From: an uncultured Acidobacteriota bacterium
Lineage (GTDB): Bacteria > Acidobacteriota > UBA6911
Length of the DNA: 64,000 bases
Direction of reading: 5' to 3'
Assembly: GCA_963827655.1 (NCBI GenBank)
Contig: CAWHCF010000049.1
Span: 288,001-352,000 of the forward strand
The position numbers and the translations under genes are program-made. Below are positions 46,179-56,119 of this stretch, piece by piece; within the stretch, counting starts at the first letter, position 1; each line of letters starts with the position of its first letter. Below the pieces are notes generated by a model that saw nothing but the letters and a program-made list of their open reading frames with translations, was not told where the DNA came from and did not search any database.

Positions 46179-46673
46179 ATGAAGATTCGAGCCGTTTATC
46201 CTGGAACCTTTGACCCGGTGACCAATGGGCACATTGATCTCATCCAGCGAAGTGCGGAGCTCTTCGACCGGGTCATCGTCGCGGTTTTGATGAATACCGA
46301 AAAGAGCCCGCTATTTACCGTTGCCGAGCGCGTCGAAATGCTCGAGGAAGCAGTCGAGGGGCTGAAGAATGTCTCGGTGACGACTTTCCAGGGCCTCCTG
46401 GTCGATTTCGCCGATCAGAGCAAGGCCACCGTTATTGTGCGAGGTATCCGTGCAGTATCCGATTACGAATATGAGCTTCAGATGGCGCTCATGAACCGAC
46501 GTCTTTCCCCTCATGTGGAAACAGTCTTCCTGATGCCGGCGGAAACCTACTCCTACCTGAGTTCGCGCTTGGTCAAGGAGATATCGCAACTGGGCGGCTC
46601 GGTCCGCGGTCTTGTTCCATCTGCCGTCGAAGAACGGCTCAGATTCAAACAACAACATATGGTTTCTTCCTAG
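46179..46673 (+). CDS. coaD: Phosphopantetheine adenylyltransferase
   Basis: YPGTFDPVTNGH, RGIRAVSDYEYE. Confidence 0.96.
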   Translation: MKIRAVYPGTFDPVTNGHIDLIQRSAELFDRVIVAVLMNTEKSPLFTVAERVEMLEEAVEGLKNVSVTTFQGLLVDFADQSKATVIVRGIRAVSDYEYELQMALMNRRLSPHVETVFLMPAETYSYLSSRLVKEISQLGGSVRGLVPSAVEERLRFKQQHMVSS

Positions 46674-46687
46674 GAGAAACGACGTCT

Positions 46688-47896
46688 ATGGCTTTGGTTA
46701 AGTCAGCGCGACTGTTTGCCCAACGGCTCCAGAACGTGGAGGAGTCCTCTACCATGCAGGTCATGATTGCGGCCCAAAAACTCAAGTCCGAAGGGGTCGA
46801 GGTCGTCGATCTTGGAGCCGGAGAGCCTGATTTCAATACCCCTGAGAATATCAAGGAAGCCGCCAAGAGGGCGATCGACGCAAATTTCACCCGCTACACT
46901 CCCGCAGTCGGTGTTGCCCCGCTTCGGGATGCCATCCTGCGCCGATATCGCGAAGACTTCGGTGTGGAGCGAAAAAGGGATGAAGTGATCGCGACGGTCG
47001 GGGGCAAGCATTCGATTTTTAACACGATGCTGGCCCTGATCGACCCTGGCGACGACGTAATCATCCCCGCTCCTTACTGGGTCACCTTTCCCCAGGTGGT
47101 CCACCTCTGCGGCGGAAGACCGGTTATTGTTGAAACGTCCCCCGAACAGGGTTTTTCCATTACGAGCGAACTCATTCAGAAGCACATCAGCGACCGAACG
47201 AAACTCGTTATCCTCAACTCCCCGTGTAATCCGACCGGGGCAGTGATCGCGCCCGGAGAATTCCTGAAGATCTGCCAGCTGGCAGCGGAGCGCGAAATCT
47301 ACGTTCTTTCGGACGAATGCTATCAGGTTTTTCTCTACGACGGCCTGCAGCCGTCCACCGCCGCGGCGGTGCCGGAACACCTGCGCCGCTGGGTGATTGT
47401 GTCGGGTTCGTTGTCGAAGACCTACGCGATGACCGGGTGGCGCCTCGGTTACACCATCGGACCTTCCGAACTGGTTGCGCAGATGGCGAAGATTCAAGGG
47501 CACGAGACCTCGAATCCCACGTCGATCGCTCAGGCCGCCGGAATTGAAGCGCTGACCGGCTCCCAGGATTCGGTCCGTGAAATGATTCGCGAGTATGAGC
47601 GGCGGCGGAATTTCCTTGTGCCGGCTCTGAATCAGATTCCCGGTGTCCGCTGCTTCACGCCCCAGGGTGCCTTTTACGTCTATCCTGATATCCGTGCCTT
47701 CCTCCACAACGGACTGAAGACGTCCGACGACTTTGCCGGCCGGCTTTTATCCGAGGCTCACGTTGCGGTCACCCCTGGCTCGGGTTTCGGGATGGATGGC
47801 TTTATTCGCATATCCTATGCCGCGGCTTACACGGCGCTCGAGGAAGCCGTCAGACGGCTCGCGAATTTCCTGCGTTCCTTGGAGTCCAGGCGATGA
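46688..47896 (+). CDS. PLP-dependent class I aminotransferase (aspartate aminotransferase-like)
   Basis: GEPDF, NSPCNPTG, SKTYAMTGWRLG. Confidence 0.92.
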   Translation: MALVKSARLFAQRLQNVEESSTMQVMIAAQKLKSEGVEVVDLGAGEPDFNTPENIKEAAKRAIDANFTRYTPAVGVAPLRDAILRRYREDFGVERKRDEVIATVGGKHSIFNTMLALIDPGDDVIIPAPYWVTFPQVVHLCGGRPVIVETSPEQGFSITSELIQKHISDRTKLVILNSPCNPTGAVIAPGEFLKICQLAAEREIYVLSDECYQVFLYDGLQPSTAAAVPEHLRRWVIVSGSLSKTYAMTGWRLGYTIGPSELVAQMAKIQGHETSNPTSIAQAAGIEALTGSQDSVREMIREYERRRNFLVPALNQIPGVRCFTPQGAFYVYPDIRAFLHNGLKTSDDFAGRLLSEAHVAVTPGSGFGMDGFIRISYAAAYTALEEAVRRLANFLRSLESRR

Positions 47897-47948
47897 GCAC
47901 GCGAAGGGCATCAACCCGGAGCGTGCAAAAGACGCCCAACGTTTCTCG

Positions 47949-48509
47949 ATGACGTATCGACCGGGAAGGCAAACTCTAATCTGCCTTGCTGCGCTGGTAA
48001 CGCTGGCCGCTAAAGCTCATGCCGGTGACTTCTCAATACATGCCGGTTACCTTAATCCGGGAGATCTGACGGTTGAGAACGTGACCAGGAGCCTGGACGG
48101 CAGCGGAATCTATGGGGTTCGTTTCGGGGGCACATTTGCCCGTATTTTCGGTATCGAAGAGACCCTTGCCTATAGTCCCAACTTTTTGCGCACAGGGGAT
48201 TTCGCGCAGTCGGAGGATGTGAAGGGATTTATTACCAGCACAAACTTCGTTTTGAGCATGCCGAGCGGCTACGTCATTCCTTATGCCACGGTGGGGGTCG
48301 GCACGATCACTCGATTTGGTTCTGGCCCCGACTTTCGCTTCGGTACCAAGTTCGCGCTGAATTATGGCGGTGGTTTGAAGCTTCCACGTCTGGCGGGACC
48401 CTTAGGATTGAGGTTTGACGCCCGCGGTTACAGGGCCGAGGACATCTTTTCAGAGAGCCTGAACATTTTCGAAGTTAGCGCTGGAGTGCTCTTCACCTTC
48501 GGCCGTTGA
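47949..48509 (+). CDS. Small outer-membrane beta-barrel protein
   Basis: Signal peptide (AKAHA), amphipathic strands, PYATVGVG, NYGGGLK, C-terminal LFTF. Confidence 0.75.
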   Translation: MTYRPGRQTLICLAALVTLAAKAHAGDFSIHAGYLNPGDLTVENVTRSLDGSGIYGVRFGGTFARIFGIEETLAYSPNFLRTGDFAQSEDVKGFITSTNFVLSMPSGYVIPYATVGVGTITRFGSGPDFRFGTKFALNYGGGLKLPRLAGPLGLRFDARGYRAEDIFSESLNIFEVSAGVLFTFGR

Positions 48510-48571
48510 GATACCCGCCCATGTAAAAAGTACCTTTCAACTCAGCACTTTTTACTTTCTACTTCTTTTGC

Positions 48572-49801
48572 ATGAGCTCGCGCCCAGGATTTCACCTGCC
48601 GTTCAAGAGATCTCCGTCACGCCGAGAACAACGAGAAATCGAGGAGATGATTGCGACCCTGGCAAGCCGCGCTCTTGCCATCGTCGATCTTCCCGATCGC
48701 AAACTCTTTCTCGAAAAAGAAATCAAGCAGGGATTCCACTTCCGGCGGGTCGAGATTCTTCTGAAGCCAGAAGGACCTGAACGCTACGCGTCCGAGAGTA
48801 TCAGGGTGCGAAACCTGCTTGCTCGAACCCTGGGGATCCTCTCAGGGAGCAAAAAACCCTTCCTCAGCGGCGCGATTGCTAAGGAGCTCGGCGTGGCCGC
48901 CATTCTCGAGCCACTCGGGGGCACGCATGCTTTCCCGATTCGACAGGGAGCGGAAACGCTCGGACTTCTGATTTTTGACGCATCGCCCCAGGCGCAACTC
49001 CCGCGGTACACGGAGGAGAAGCTGCTGGACCTCTGCCGCCAGATCGCCGTGGTATTTGAGAACTCGGACCTCTTGCGCAACAAATTGGAACTGGAGCGAG
49101 CGCTTGCCCGCCAGGCTCAGATGGTGCAGCTGGGGGAAATGACCGCCCGGATCGCTCATGAGATAAAAAACCCGTTAAGTTCGATCAAGACCATCATCCA
49201 GGTCATGTGCGAGGACCGGAGTCTGCAGCCGGGCTACAAGCAGGATCTGGAGTTGATTAATCGCGAGATCGATCGGCTCAGCGACTCTGTCGGCCAGCTT
49301 CTGAGCTTCTCACGGCCAACCCCCGATCCAGGGGGAATCCTGAGTCTCCGGGATGAGGCCGAATCGGTGATACTCTTTCTGGAGCGCGACATTCAAAATG
49401 CGGGAGTGATCGTCGCGAATGAAATACCCCGGGAACTCTCGGGGGTTTCCGGTACCCCTTCAGCCTTTCGCGAGATTTTCATGAATCTCGTCCTTAATTC
49501 GATCCAGGCTGGAGGGAAAGGGACTCACATTACCTTCTCGGCCTGGGAGGGGGTCCTGGAGGATGGCTCGGAGCGTTTCGTGCTGCTTGTGGTAGAAGAT
49601 GACGGCTCCGGGATACCGGAGGAAGCACAGGCAAAGGTTTTTACTCCCTTCTTCACGACCAAACTGCGCGGGACCGGCCTGGGGTTGGCGATCGTCAAGC
49701 GAAACGTAGAACAATTGGGCGGCCGTATTACTCTCGAAAGTCCAGCGAGAAACGGTAAGGGCGCCCGCTTCCTGATTCATCTCCCGGTCGCGGCGCGGTG
49801 A
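48572..49801 (+). CDS. Cytoplasmic sensor histidine kinase (GAF-like + HisKA + HATPase)
   Basis: AHEIKNPL, NLVLNS, DDGSGI, FFTTK, GTGLGL. Confidence 0.9.
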   Translation: MSSRPGFHLPFKRSPSRREQREIEEMIATLASRALAIVDLPDRKLFLEKEIKQGFHFRRVEILLKPEGPERYASESIRVRNLLARTLGILSGSKKPFLSGAIAKELGVAAILEPLGGTHAFPIRQGAETLGLLIFDASPQAQLPRYTEEKLLDLCRQIAVVFENSDLLRNKLELERALARQAQMVQLGEMTARIAHEIKNPLSSIKTIIQVMCEDRSLQPGYKQDLELINREIDRLSDSVGQLLSFSRPTPDPGGILSLRDEAESVILFLERDIQNAGVIVANEIPRELSGVSGTPSAFREIFMNLVLNSIQAGGKGTHITFSAWEGVLEDGSERFVLLVVEDDGSGIPEEAQAKVFTPFFTTKLRGTGLGLAIVKRNVEQLGGRITLESPARNGKGARFLIHLPVAAR

Positions 49802-49826
49802 AAAATTGGGGACGTCCCCAATTTTT
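49801..49826. repeat. Perfect 26-bp REP-like palindrome
   Basis: AAAAATTGGGGAC-GTCCCCAATTTTT at the kinase stop codon. Confidence 0.75.
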
Positions 49827-49854
49827 GCGTTAAGCTGGGGTTCGGGAGCGACTC

Positions 49855-51240
49855 ATGAAGTACAAGATCCTCATCGTCGACGACGAAGAAGCGGCGCGCT
49901 ACGGCATGCGCAAGGCTTTGCAGTCCAAGGAGAATCTTCTCCTCGAGGCGAGCGATCTCCGGATGGCTCGTTTTATAGTTGAGAAGGAGGAGCCTGCCCT
50001 GGTTCTTCTGGATGTTAATCTGCCGGATGGATCCGGTATCGATTTCCTGAAGGAGGTGGCCGCCCGCGCGGACCCACCGGCTGTTATCGTGATCACAGCC
50101 CATGGTTCCGAACGTGTGGCCATCGAGGCGATTCGGGCCGGAGCTTATGAATATCTTTCGAAGCCTTTCGAAGTGGATGAGCTGCGGCTCCTGGTCAAAA
50201 ACGCGCGCGAGCGAACCTTTCTCGCCGAAGAAAACCGGATTCTGAAGGAGGAGCTGAGGCAGGAAACAGGCTTCGGAGCCATGGTGGGGAGCAGCCCCGC
50301 GATGAAGAAGATCTTCGAAGTCGTGGAACGAGTGGCTCCTACGGACGTCTCAGTACTCATAAGGGGGGAAAGCGGGACGGGAAAGGAACTGGTCGCCCGC
50401 GAGATCCACCGGCGCAGCGGGCGCTCGGGCATGCCCTTCGTCGCGCTGAACTGCGCCGCTCTTCCCGACGCTCTTATTGAGAGCGAGCTGTTCGGCCATG
50501 AAAAGGGGGCTTTCACCGGAGCCGCCGCGCGCCGGCAGGGGAAGTTCGAGCTTGCCGATGGGGGTACGCTCTTGCTTGATGAAATCGGCGATATGGCTCT
50601 GGCGACTCAAGCCAAAGTCTTGAGGGTGCTGGAGGAGAAACAGTTTGAACGCCTTGGTTCCGCAGAGACTCTGACTTCTGATGTCCGGATCGTCTGCGCC
50701 ACCCATCGTGATCTGGCGCAGGCCATCGAGGCGTCAGAGTTTCGCGAAGACCTCTACTACCGCATTCATGTGGTCACCATAGAAATTCCTCCGCTGCGGG
50801 ATCGGCAGCCAGATATCGAGTCTTTGCTCGAGCACTTCGCGGCGCGCTTTACCGAGAAATACCGCATCGAATGGAAAGGCTTTACGGAAGCAGCGCGCAG
50901 AAGACTTTTGAACTATCCCTGGCCCGGAAACGTTCGGGAATTACGCAACGTCGTCGAGAGATGCGTGGTGTTGAGTCTCGAGGGACCAATCGATGTTGCG
51001 GAGCTTCCGGCAGAACTGATTTCGCAAGCGCCCGGAGTTCGAGGCGCCCAAGGGGCCGAAGAAGTCTGGCAGCTTCCGTACGAAGAAGCCCGGGCGTCAT
51101 TCGAAAAGAACTATCTGCTTCAGGTTCTGGAACAGAATGGAGGAAACATCAGCCAGGCAGCGGCCAGAATGGGTATTCACCGGCAGACGCTGCAGTACAA
51201 GCTCAAACAACTTGGCATTCGCAAGTCCTGGGCAGAGTGA
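49855..51240 (+). CDS. Sigma-54-dependent response regulator (NtrC family)
   Basis: Receiver domain, GESGTGKE, GAFTGA, WPGNVREL, Fis HTH. Confidence 0.95.
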   Translation: MKYKILIVDDEEAARYGMRKALQSKENLLLEASDLRMARFIVEKEEPALVLLDVNLPDGSGIDFLKEVAARADPPAVIVITAHGSERVAIEAIRAGAYEYLSKPFEVDELRLLVKNARERTFLAEENRILKEELRQETGFGAMVGSSPAMKKIFEVVERVAPTDVSVLIRGESGTGKELVAREIHRRSGRSGMPFVALNCAALPDALIESELFGHEKGAFTGAAARRQGKFELADGGTLLLDEIGDMALATQAKVLRVLEEKQFERLGSAETLTSDVRIVCATHRDLAQAIEASEFREDLYYRIHVVTIEIPPLRDRQPDIESLLEHFAARFTEKYRIEWKGFTEAARRRLLNYPWPGNVRELRNVVERCVVLSLEGPIDVAELPAELISQAPGVRGAQGAEEVWQLPYEEARASFEKNYLLQVLEQNGGNISQAAARMGIHRQTLQYKLKQLGIRKSWAE

Positions 51241-51243
51241 GCC

Positions 51244-51396
51244 GATTGCAGATTGCGGATTGCAGATTGCGGATTGAAAAACACCGATGACGAGTTGCGG
51301 TTCATCGAAGAGTCAATCCGCAATCCGAAATCCGCAATCCGCAATGGATATGGGTGTGTCTTTCAATCCGCAATCTGCAATCTGCAATCCGCAATT
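51244..51396. repeat. Heptamer inverted array, GATTGCG/GATTGCA variant, one left arm and two right arms
   Basis: (GATTGCR)4 GATTGAA ... (CAATCCG)4 ... (CAATCYG)5. Confidence 0.9.
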
Positions 51397-51399
51397 GAT

Positions 51400-52288
51400 A
51401 TGAGACTTGCCATTATCGTGAATCGGGCCGCCGGCGGCGGGCGCTCTTACAAGAAGTTAGAACGATATCTCAAGAACTGGCCGCATCACGATTGGAGCGT
51501 GGAGGTTCATTCCACTTATGCGCCGGGTCACGCGGGCGAGATCGCCAAGGAGTTGCTCGCAAACCCTCCCGATCTCCTGGCGATCTGCGGTGGCGACGGT
51601 ACTGTTAACGAGGTTGCCTCGCGGGTTCCTAATCCCCCGTTTCCGATCGCCTTGCTTCCTGCCGGCACGGCTAATGTCCTCGCCCGGGAACTCGGCCTCC
51701 CCATGGATCCGGTGAGCGCGCTCAAGATTGCCTTTGAGAGAGTCGTGCGTCGAGTTGACCTGGGCATCTTGCGGGCGCGAACCGAGCATTACTTCCTTCT
51801 GATGGCCGGCATAGGCTTCGATGCGTACATAGTCTCGAAGGTGAATTTACGCTTCAAGCAAAAGATGGGCATCGCCGCATACTATGGGGCCACGTTGAAA
51901 CACGTTCTGACATATTCCTTTCCCGAGTTTGAGCTTGCGACCGAGAGCCAAACGGTCCGCGCGACATCGTGCCTCATCGCTAACGCGCAGAGCTACGGCG
52001 GCGGCCTGGTGCTCACCCCGGGCGCCGACATGAGTGACGGCGTCCTGGATATTCTGGTGCTGTCCGACAAGCCGAAGATCGATTATCTCCGCTTTATTGT
52101 CGCGGCGTGGCGCGGGCATCCGGACAAAGTACCCCTGGGCGCTTCATTTGAAGGCACGGACGGCAAGGATCTCAGGTCCGCGTGGTATCTGGGCCCACGT
52201 GGACGGTGAATTAGTCGGCACGCTTCCCCTGGAAGTAGGCGTGGTACCTGCTTCATTTCCCCTGGTGGTAGGAACGAGCGGTAAGTAA
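51400..52288 (+). CDS. Diacylglycerol/lipid kinase family protein (apparent indel near 52130)
   Basis: GGDGTVNEV, PAGTANVLA, AGIGFDA; HVDGE in the shifted frame. Confidence 0.88.
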
Positions 52289-52316
52289 GGGTTCGGATTC
52301 TCTTTGCGTCTTCGCG

Positions 52317-53756
52317 GTGAGGCAGGCATTGTTTCGCGTGGCAATTGTGGGACGGCCGAATGTAGGGAAGTCGACCCTCTTTAACCGGCTCTATGGTTCA
52401 AGGAGGGCGATTGTGGGTGACGAACCGGGCATCACGCGAGACCGTATCCAGGGGATTGTGCGCTGGGGCGGGAGGACGATCCAGCTCCTGGATACGGGAG
52501 GAATGGTGCCAGGCAGCGCCGATATCATTCCGGCAAAGACTCTTGAACAAGTGCAGGTTGCAATTGGTGAATCGGATCTTCTGCTGCTGGTCGTGGACGG
52601 ACGCGCTGGAATCACCGCTGTGGACGAGCAACTGCTCCCCACGTTGCGTAAAGCCGGCCGGCCGGTCTGGGTTGTGGTAAACAAGATTGATACTCCGGAA
52701 CTCGAACCGGAAACGGCCGCCTTCTATGCGCTCGGATTCGAAAAGGTCCTGGCTGTTTCGGCCGAGCATGGCCGCGGAATCGGCGAGCTTCTGGATGAGA
52801 TCACGGCTCGCGCGGAGGAGAGTCCCTCCGGCATCGAGCCGGAGCAGTTCGACGAAATCGGCGTCGCGGTGGTGGGACGGCCCAATGTCGGAAAGTCGTC
52901 GCTCGTGAACCGCCTTCTGGGAGTCGAGCGTTGTATCGTGAGCGAAATCCCCGGGACTACGCGCGACGCGATCGACACACTCCTGCTGCGAGACGGCGTC
53001 CGGTACCGCATTGTGGATACGGCGGGAATTCGGAGAAAGGGGAGCACCGAGCAGCGAACGGAGAAGATCAGCGTGGTCATGGCGCGAAAGAACCTGACGC
53101 GAGCGGATGTGGCTCTCCTGCTGATCGATGCAGTCGAGGGTGTGACCAAGCTGGACGCGGCGATCGGAGGCTACGCTTACGAATCCGCGTGCTCGGTCAT
53201 CATCATTCTCAACAAATGGGACCAGGTGCAAAAGGATGAAGACACTCTCCAGGAATACACCGACTCCATTCATCGCCGGATGAAGTATCTGAGCCATGCC
53301 CCGATCCTGACGGTTTCGGCCTTGACCGGACAGCGGGTTTCGAAGATTTTCGATATCATACGCAAGGCTTCCGAAAGCCGTCGGGTGCGGATTTCGACCG
53401 GAGTGCTCAACAACCTGTTTGTTCCCGACCTCTCCGAGAAATTCTCGGCTCGAAATCCCGCCGCGAAGCTGGGGATACGGTACATTACCCAGGCGAGTTC
53501 CGACCCTCCAACCTTTGTGGTTTTCACATCCGGCACGAAGCCGTTGCACTTTTCCACTGAACGATACCTGGTGAACCAGTTGCGAGAGAAGTTTGGCTTT
53601 TACGCGGCGCCTATCCGAATCCAGCAGCGACTGAAGAAGCGCCGCAAGCGTCGCCGGCGGATAGGGCATCGGTCCTGGCGTTTTTTCGAGTCCTTGGGTC
53701 GTAGCGGTGAATTCACACAGGCCGAGGGGATTGACACTCATTTGGCTCGCCTCTAG
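52317..53756 (+). CDS. der: Ribosome biogenesis GTPase Der (true stop probably near 53665)
   Basis: Two GRPNVGKS G-domains, NKID/NKWD and a KH-like C-terminus; the ORF tail overlaps the downstream promoter. Confidence 0.95.
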   Translation: MRQALFRVAIVGRPNVGKSTLFNRLYGSRRAIVGDEPGITRDRIQGIVRWGGRTIQLLDTGGMVPGSADIIPAKTLEQVQVAIGESDLLLLVVDGRAGITAVDEQLLPTLRKAGRPVWVVVNKIDTPELEPETAAFYALGFEKVLAVSAEHGRGIGELLDEITARAEESPSGIEPEQFDEIGVAVVGRPNVGKSSLVNRLLGVERCIVSEIPGTTRDAIDTLLLRDGVRYRIVDTAGIRRKGSTEQRTEKISVVMARKNLTRADVALLLIDAVEGVTKLDAAIGGYAYESACSVIIILNKWDQVQKDEDTLQEYTDSIHRRMKYLSHAPILTVSALTGQRVSKIFDIIRKASESRRVRISTGVLNNLFVPDLSEKFSARNPAAKLGIRYITQASSDPPTFVVFTSGTKPLHFSTERYLVNQLREKFGFYAAPIRIQQRLKKRRKRRRRIGHRSWRFFESLGRSGEFTQAEGIDTHLARL

Positions 53757-53759
53757 TAT
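53731..53759 (+). promoter_or_regulatory. Sigma-70 promoter for IHF/HU-MerR-tRNA
   Basis: TTGACA-N17-TAGTAT. Confidence 0.65.
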
Positions 53760-53809
53760 GGGACGTTCATCCTTTTCCAACCCAATCTTCACAAAACGAT
53801 GCGGAAAGA

Positions 53810-54085
53810 TTGAATGTGAACAAAGACGATCTCAGTAAAGCGATTCACGACGTGCATGGAGGCATGTCGTATGCGGATTCCCAGCGGATTGTGGACCTGA
53901 TTCTCGACATAATCAAAGGCAGGCTGAGTCGCGGCGAGAAAGTCCTGATCAGCGGATTTGGCTGCTTTCGCATAGTCAAGCGAAAGGACAGAAAAGGGGT
54001 GAATCCCCAGACCGGGGCTGCCATCATTATTCCCGGCAGGAAGGCCATTACCTTCAAGCCGTCAAAATACTTGAAATCGGTCTAA
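53810..54085 (+). CDS. IHF/HU family DNA-binding protein (IHF alpha-like by context)
   Basis: SGFGCF, GVNPQTG, FKPSK; ihfA-merR-tRNA-Pro synteny. Confidence 0.9.
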   Translation: MNVNKDDLSKAIHDVHGGMSYADSQRIVDLILDIIKGRLSRGEKVLISGFGCFRIVKRKDRKGVNPQTGAAIIIPGRKAITFKPSKYLKSV

Positions 54086-54090
54086 GTGCC

Positions 54091-54480
54091 ATGAAGTTCG
54101 AGCCGAAGAAGCTTTATTACCGCATTGGTGAAGTCTGTGAGATCGTCGGCGTCGAGGCTCACGTCCTTCGCTACTGGGAAACCGAGTTTTCCCGCCTGGC
54201 GCCCCCCAAGAACAAGTCCGGCCAGCGAACCTACAGACCCAAGGACATAGAGCTGCTTCTTCAGATCCGAAAGCTTCTCTACGAAGACGGATTCACGATT
54301 GCTGGAGCGCGGAAGCAACTCACGGCGGGTGGGCTGCCTGAGAACGGTTCCGCCTCGCCGAGCTCGGCGCCGTCCAAGCCCGCGCATCACCCTGCCAAGC
54401 CGTCGGAAGCGCCGGCGCAGCGTCTGCGGCAGCTCCGCAAGGAGCTGGAGAACATATTGACTTTGCTCGAGCGCGAATGA
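54091..54480 (+). CDS. MerR family regulator
   Basis: YYRIGEV...[17 protein letters not shown]. Confidence 0.9.
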   Translation: MKFEPKKLYYRIGEVCEIVGVEAHVLRYWETEFSRLAPPKNKSGQRTYRPKDIELLLQIRKLLYEDGFTIAGARKQLTAGGLPENGSASPSSAPSKPAHHPAKPSEAPAQRLRQLRKELENILTLLERE

Positions 54481-54497
54481 TAGTGTTCGAGCCCGGT

Positions 54498-54574
54498 CGG
54501 GACGTAGCGCAGCCTGGTAGCGCACACGCTTGGGGTGCGTGTGGTCGGTGGTTCAAATCCACTCGTCCCGACCA
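54498..54574 (+). tRNA. tRNA-Pro(GGG)
   Basis: Cloverleaf, anticodon arm CACGC-TTGGGGT-GCGTG, TTCAAAT T-loop, CCA end. Confidence 0.96.
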
Positions 54575-54590
54575 TTTTTTCTAGCGGCCT

Positions 54591-55340
54591 GTGTCACTTG
54601 TCCTCCTCACCAACGACGATGGAATAGAAGCCGAAGGTCTGAAATGCCTCGAGGACGCGCTTCGAGGTCTTGCGGACACTCTTGTCGTGGCACCCGACAG
54701 GGAACGGAGCGCGATCAGCCACGCCCTCACGATTCACACTACCCTCGAGCTGATCAAGGTATCCAAGAACCGCTACACTCTGAATGGCACCCCGGCGGAC
54801 TGCATCATCTACGCGCTGACACATCTCACGGAGCGGCCTCCGCATCTGGTGATTTCGGGGATCAATCACGGAGCCAATCTGGGTGACGACATCATGTATT
54901 CGGGAACAGTAGCGGCTGCGCGCGAAGCATCGCGGCACGGAGTTCCGTCGCTTGCCGTATCCCAGGCTTACGCCGACGCGCCCATACGTTTCGACCGTGG
55001 GGCCAAGTTCATTCGAAACCTGGCCAAGATGATGCTCGAATTAAGAGGCGGAGCCGGCATGTGCCTCAACGTGAATATACCGGTGGGTAAAGTTCGCGGC
55101 GTGATGGTTACGAGACAGGGCTGTACCTTCCACTTCCCGCATTTTAATTCGCTGGATCTCCGGCCACCCCCCGGCGGTCGCTACCGGAGACGCGACGATA
55201 AGGCGGTAAGGTCGGCAATCACCCTCGATTTCAAAGCCATTATTGAGAACTATATTTCCGTGACACCCCTTCAGCGCGACCAGACCGACTACACGACCGT
55301 GCAATCCTTGCTAAAGGATACCTCCCGTCTCTTTCAGTGA
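54591..55340 (+). CDS. surE: 5'/3'-nucleotidase SurE
   Basis: LLTNDDG, GTPADC, SGINHGAN, YSGTVAAA. Confidence 0.95.
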   Translation: MSLVLLTNDDGIEAEGLKCLEDALRGLADTLVVAPDRERSAISHALTIHTTLELIKVSKNRYTLNGTPADCIIYALTHLTERPPHLVISGINHGANLGDDIMYSGTVAAAREASRHGVPSLAVSQAYADAPIRFDRGAKFIRNLAKMMLELRGGAGMCLNVNIPVGKVRGVMVTRQGCTFHFPHFNSLDLRPPPGGRYRRRDDKAVRSAITLDFKAIIENYISVTPLQRDQTDYTTVQSLLKDTSRLFQ

Positions 55341-55455
55341 TTGCGTTTGGAGCTTCGCGTTTCTTCGTGTCTTCGAGTCTTAGCGGTTGGTTCGGGTCCG
55401 TCTTGGGCATTGATCGGGTGGGCGAATTAAGCTAGCATTTTCCGCTGATTCTGGA

Positions 55456-55532
<77 letters not shown>

Positions 55533-55806
55533 TCTCTCTCCGAATACGATCTCCGGCATAAAGTTAATAAAATCATTAGATTCAAAATAGACCTCGGTGG
55601 TTTCTAACCACTGAAAACTGGGGCCTTTTGAGGTTCCCCAATGGTCATCTGTTTGCCGGTGTGCTAGAAATGTGCTACTTCTCCAGGAAACGACTTGATC
55701 ACCGTCGCAATCCGTCCGCCAAACGGGAGCGGATGAGGTTCAACCATTCTCACCCCGGCACGCGATCCGGAGTCTCTTGCTCAGAACGCATGTCCTAGCT
55801 TAATCT

Positions 55807-56070
55807 TTGTTCTCATCACGGCTCGTGAGTCGCGCAACCTTCGACGAAGTTGCCAGACTCAGGGTCGAGGGCCTGAACAAGTCTGCGATCGCCCTGGTAA
55901 AGCGGATCGCCTGGAATACCGTCGCTCGATGGCTCGAAAAGGCAGCCCATTCGTGTCGGTTCAACGATCGAAGAATAGCAACTCTCGCAGTCGCGGAGCT
56001 TCAGGCGGACGAGATTCGGACGATCGTCGGCAGCAAGGAACATCCAATCTGGGTCTTCACCACGATTGAT
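55807..56070 (+). pseudogene. IS1/IS6-like transposase fragment
   Basis: HTH (EGLNKSAIA...WNTVARWL) followed by ELQADEIRT...WVFTTID. Confidence 0.6.
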
Positions 56071-56119
56071 GTCCAGCATCCGCCGCCGCGACGACGGCCT
56101 GCTCCAGATCAGCACACCT

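Noticed and set aside
53665-53756. Genuine C-terminal extension of Der
   Set aside because: It overlaps a good sigma-70 promoter and follows a TAG that is one base out of frame; probably an indel artefact.
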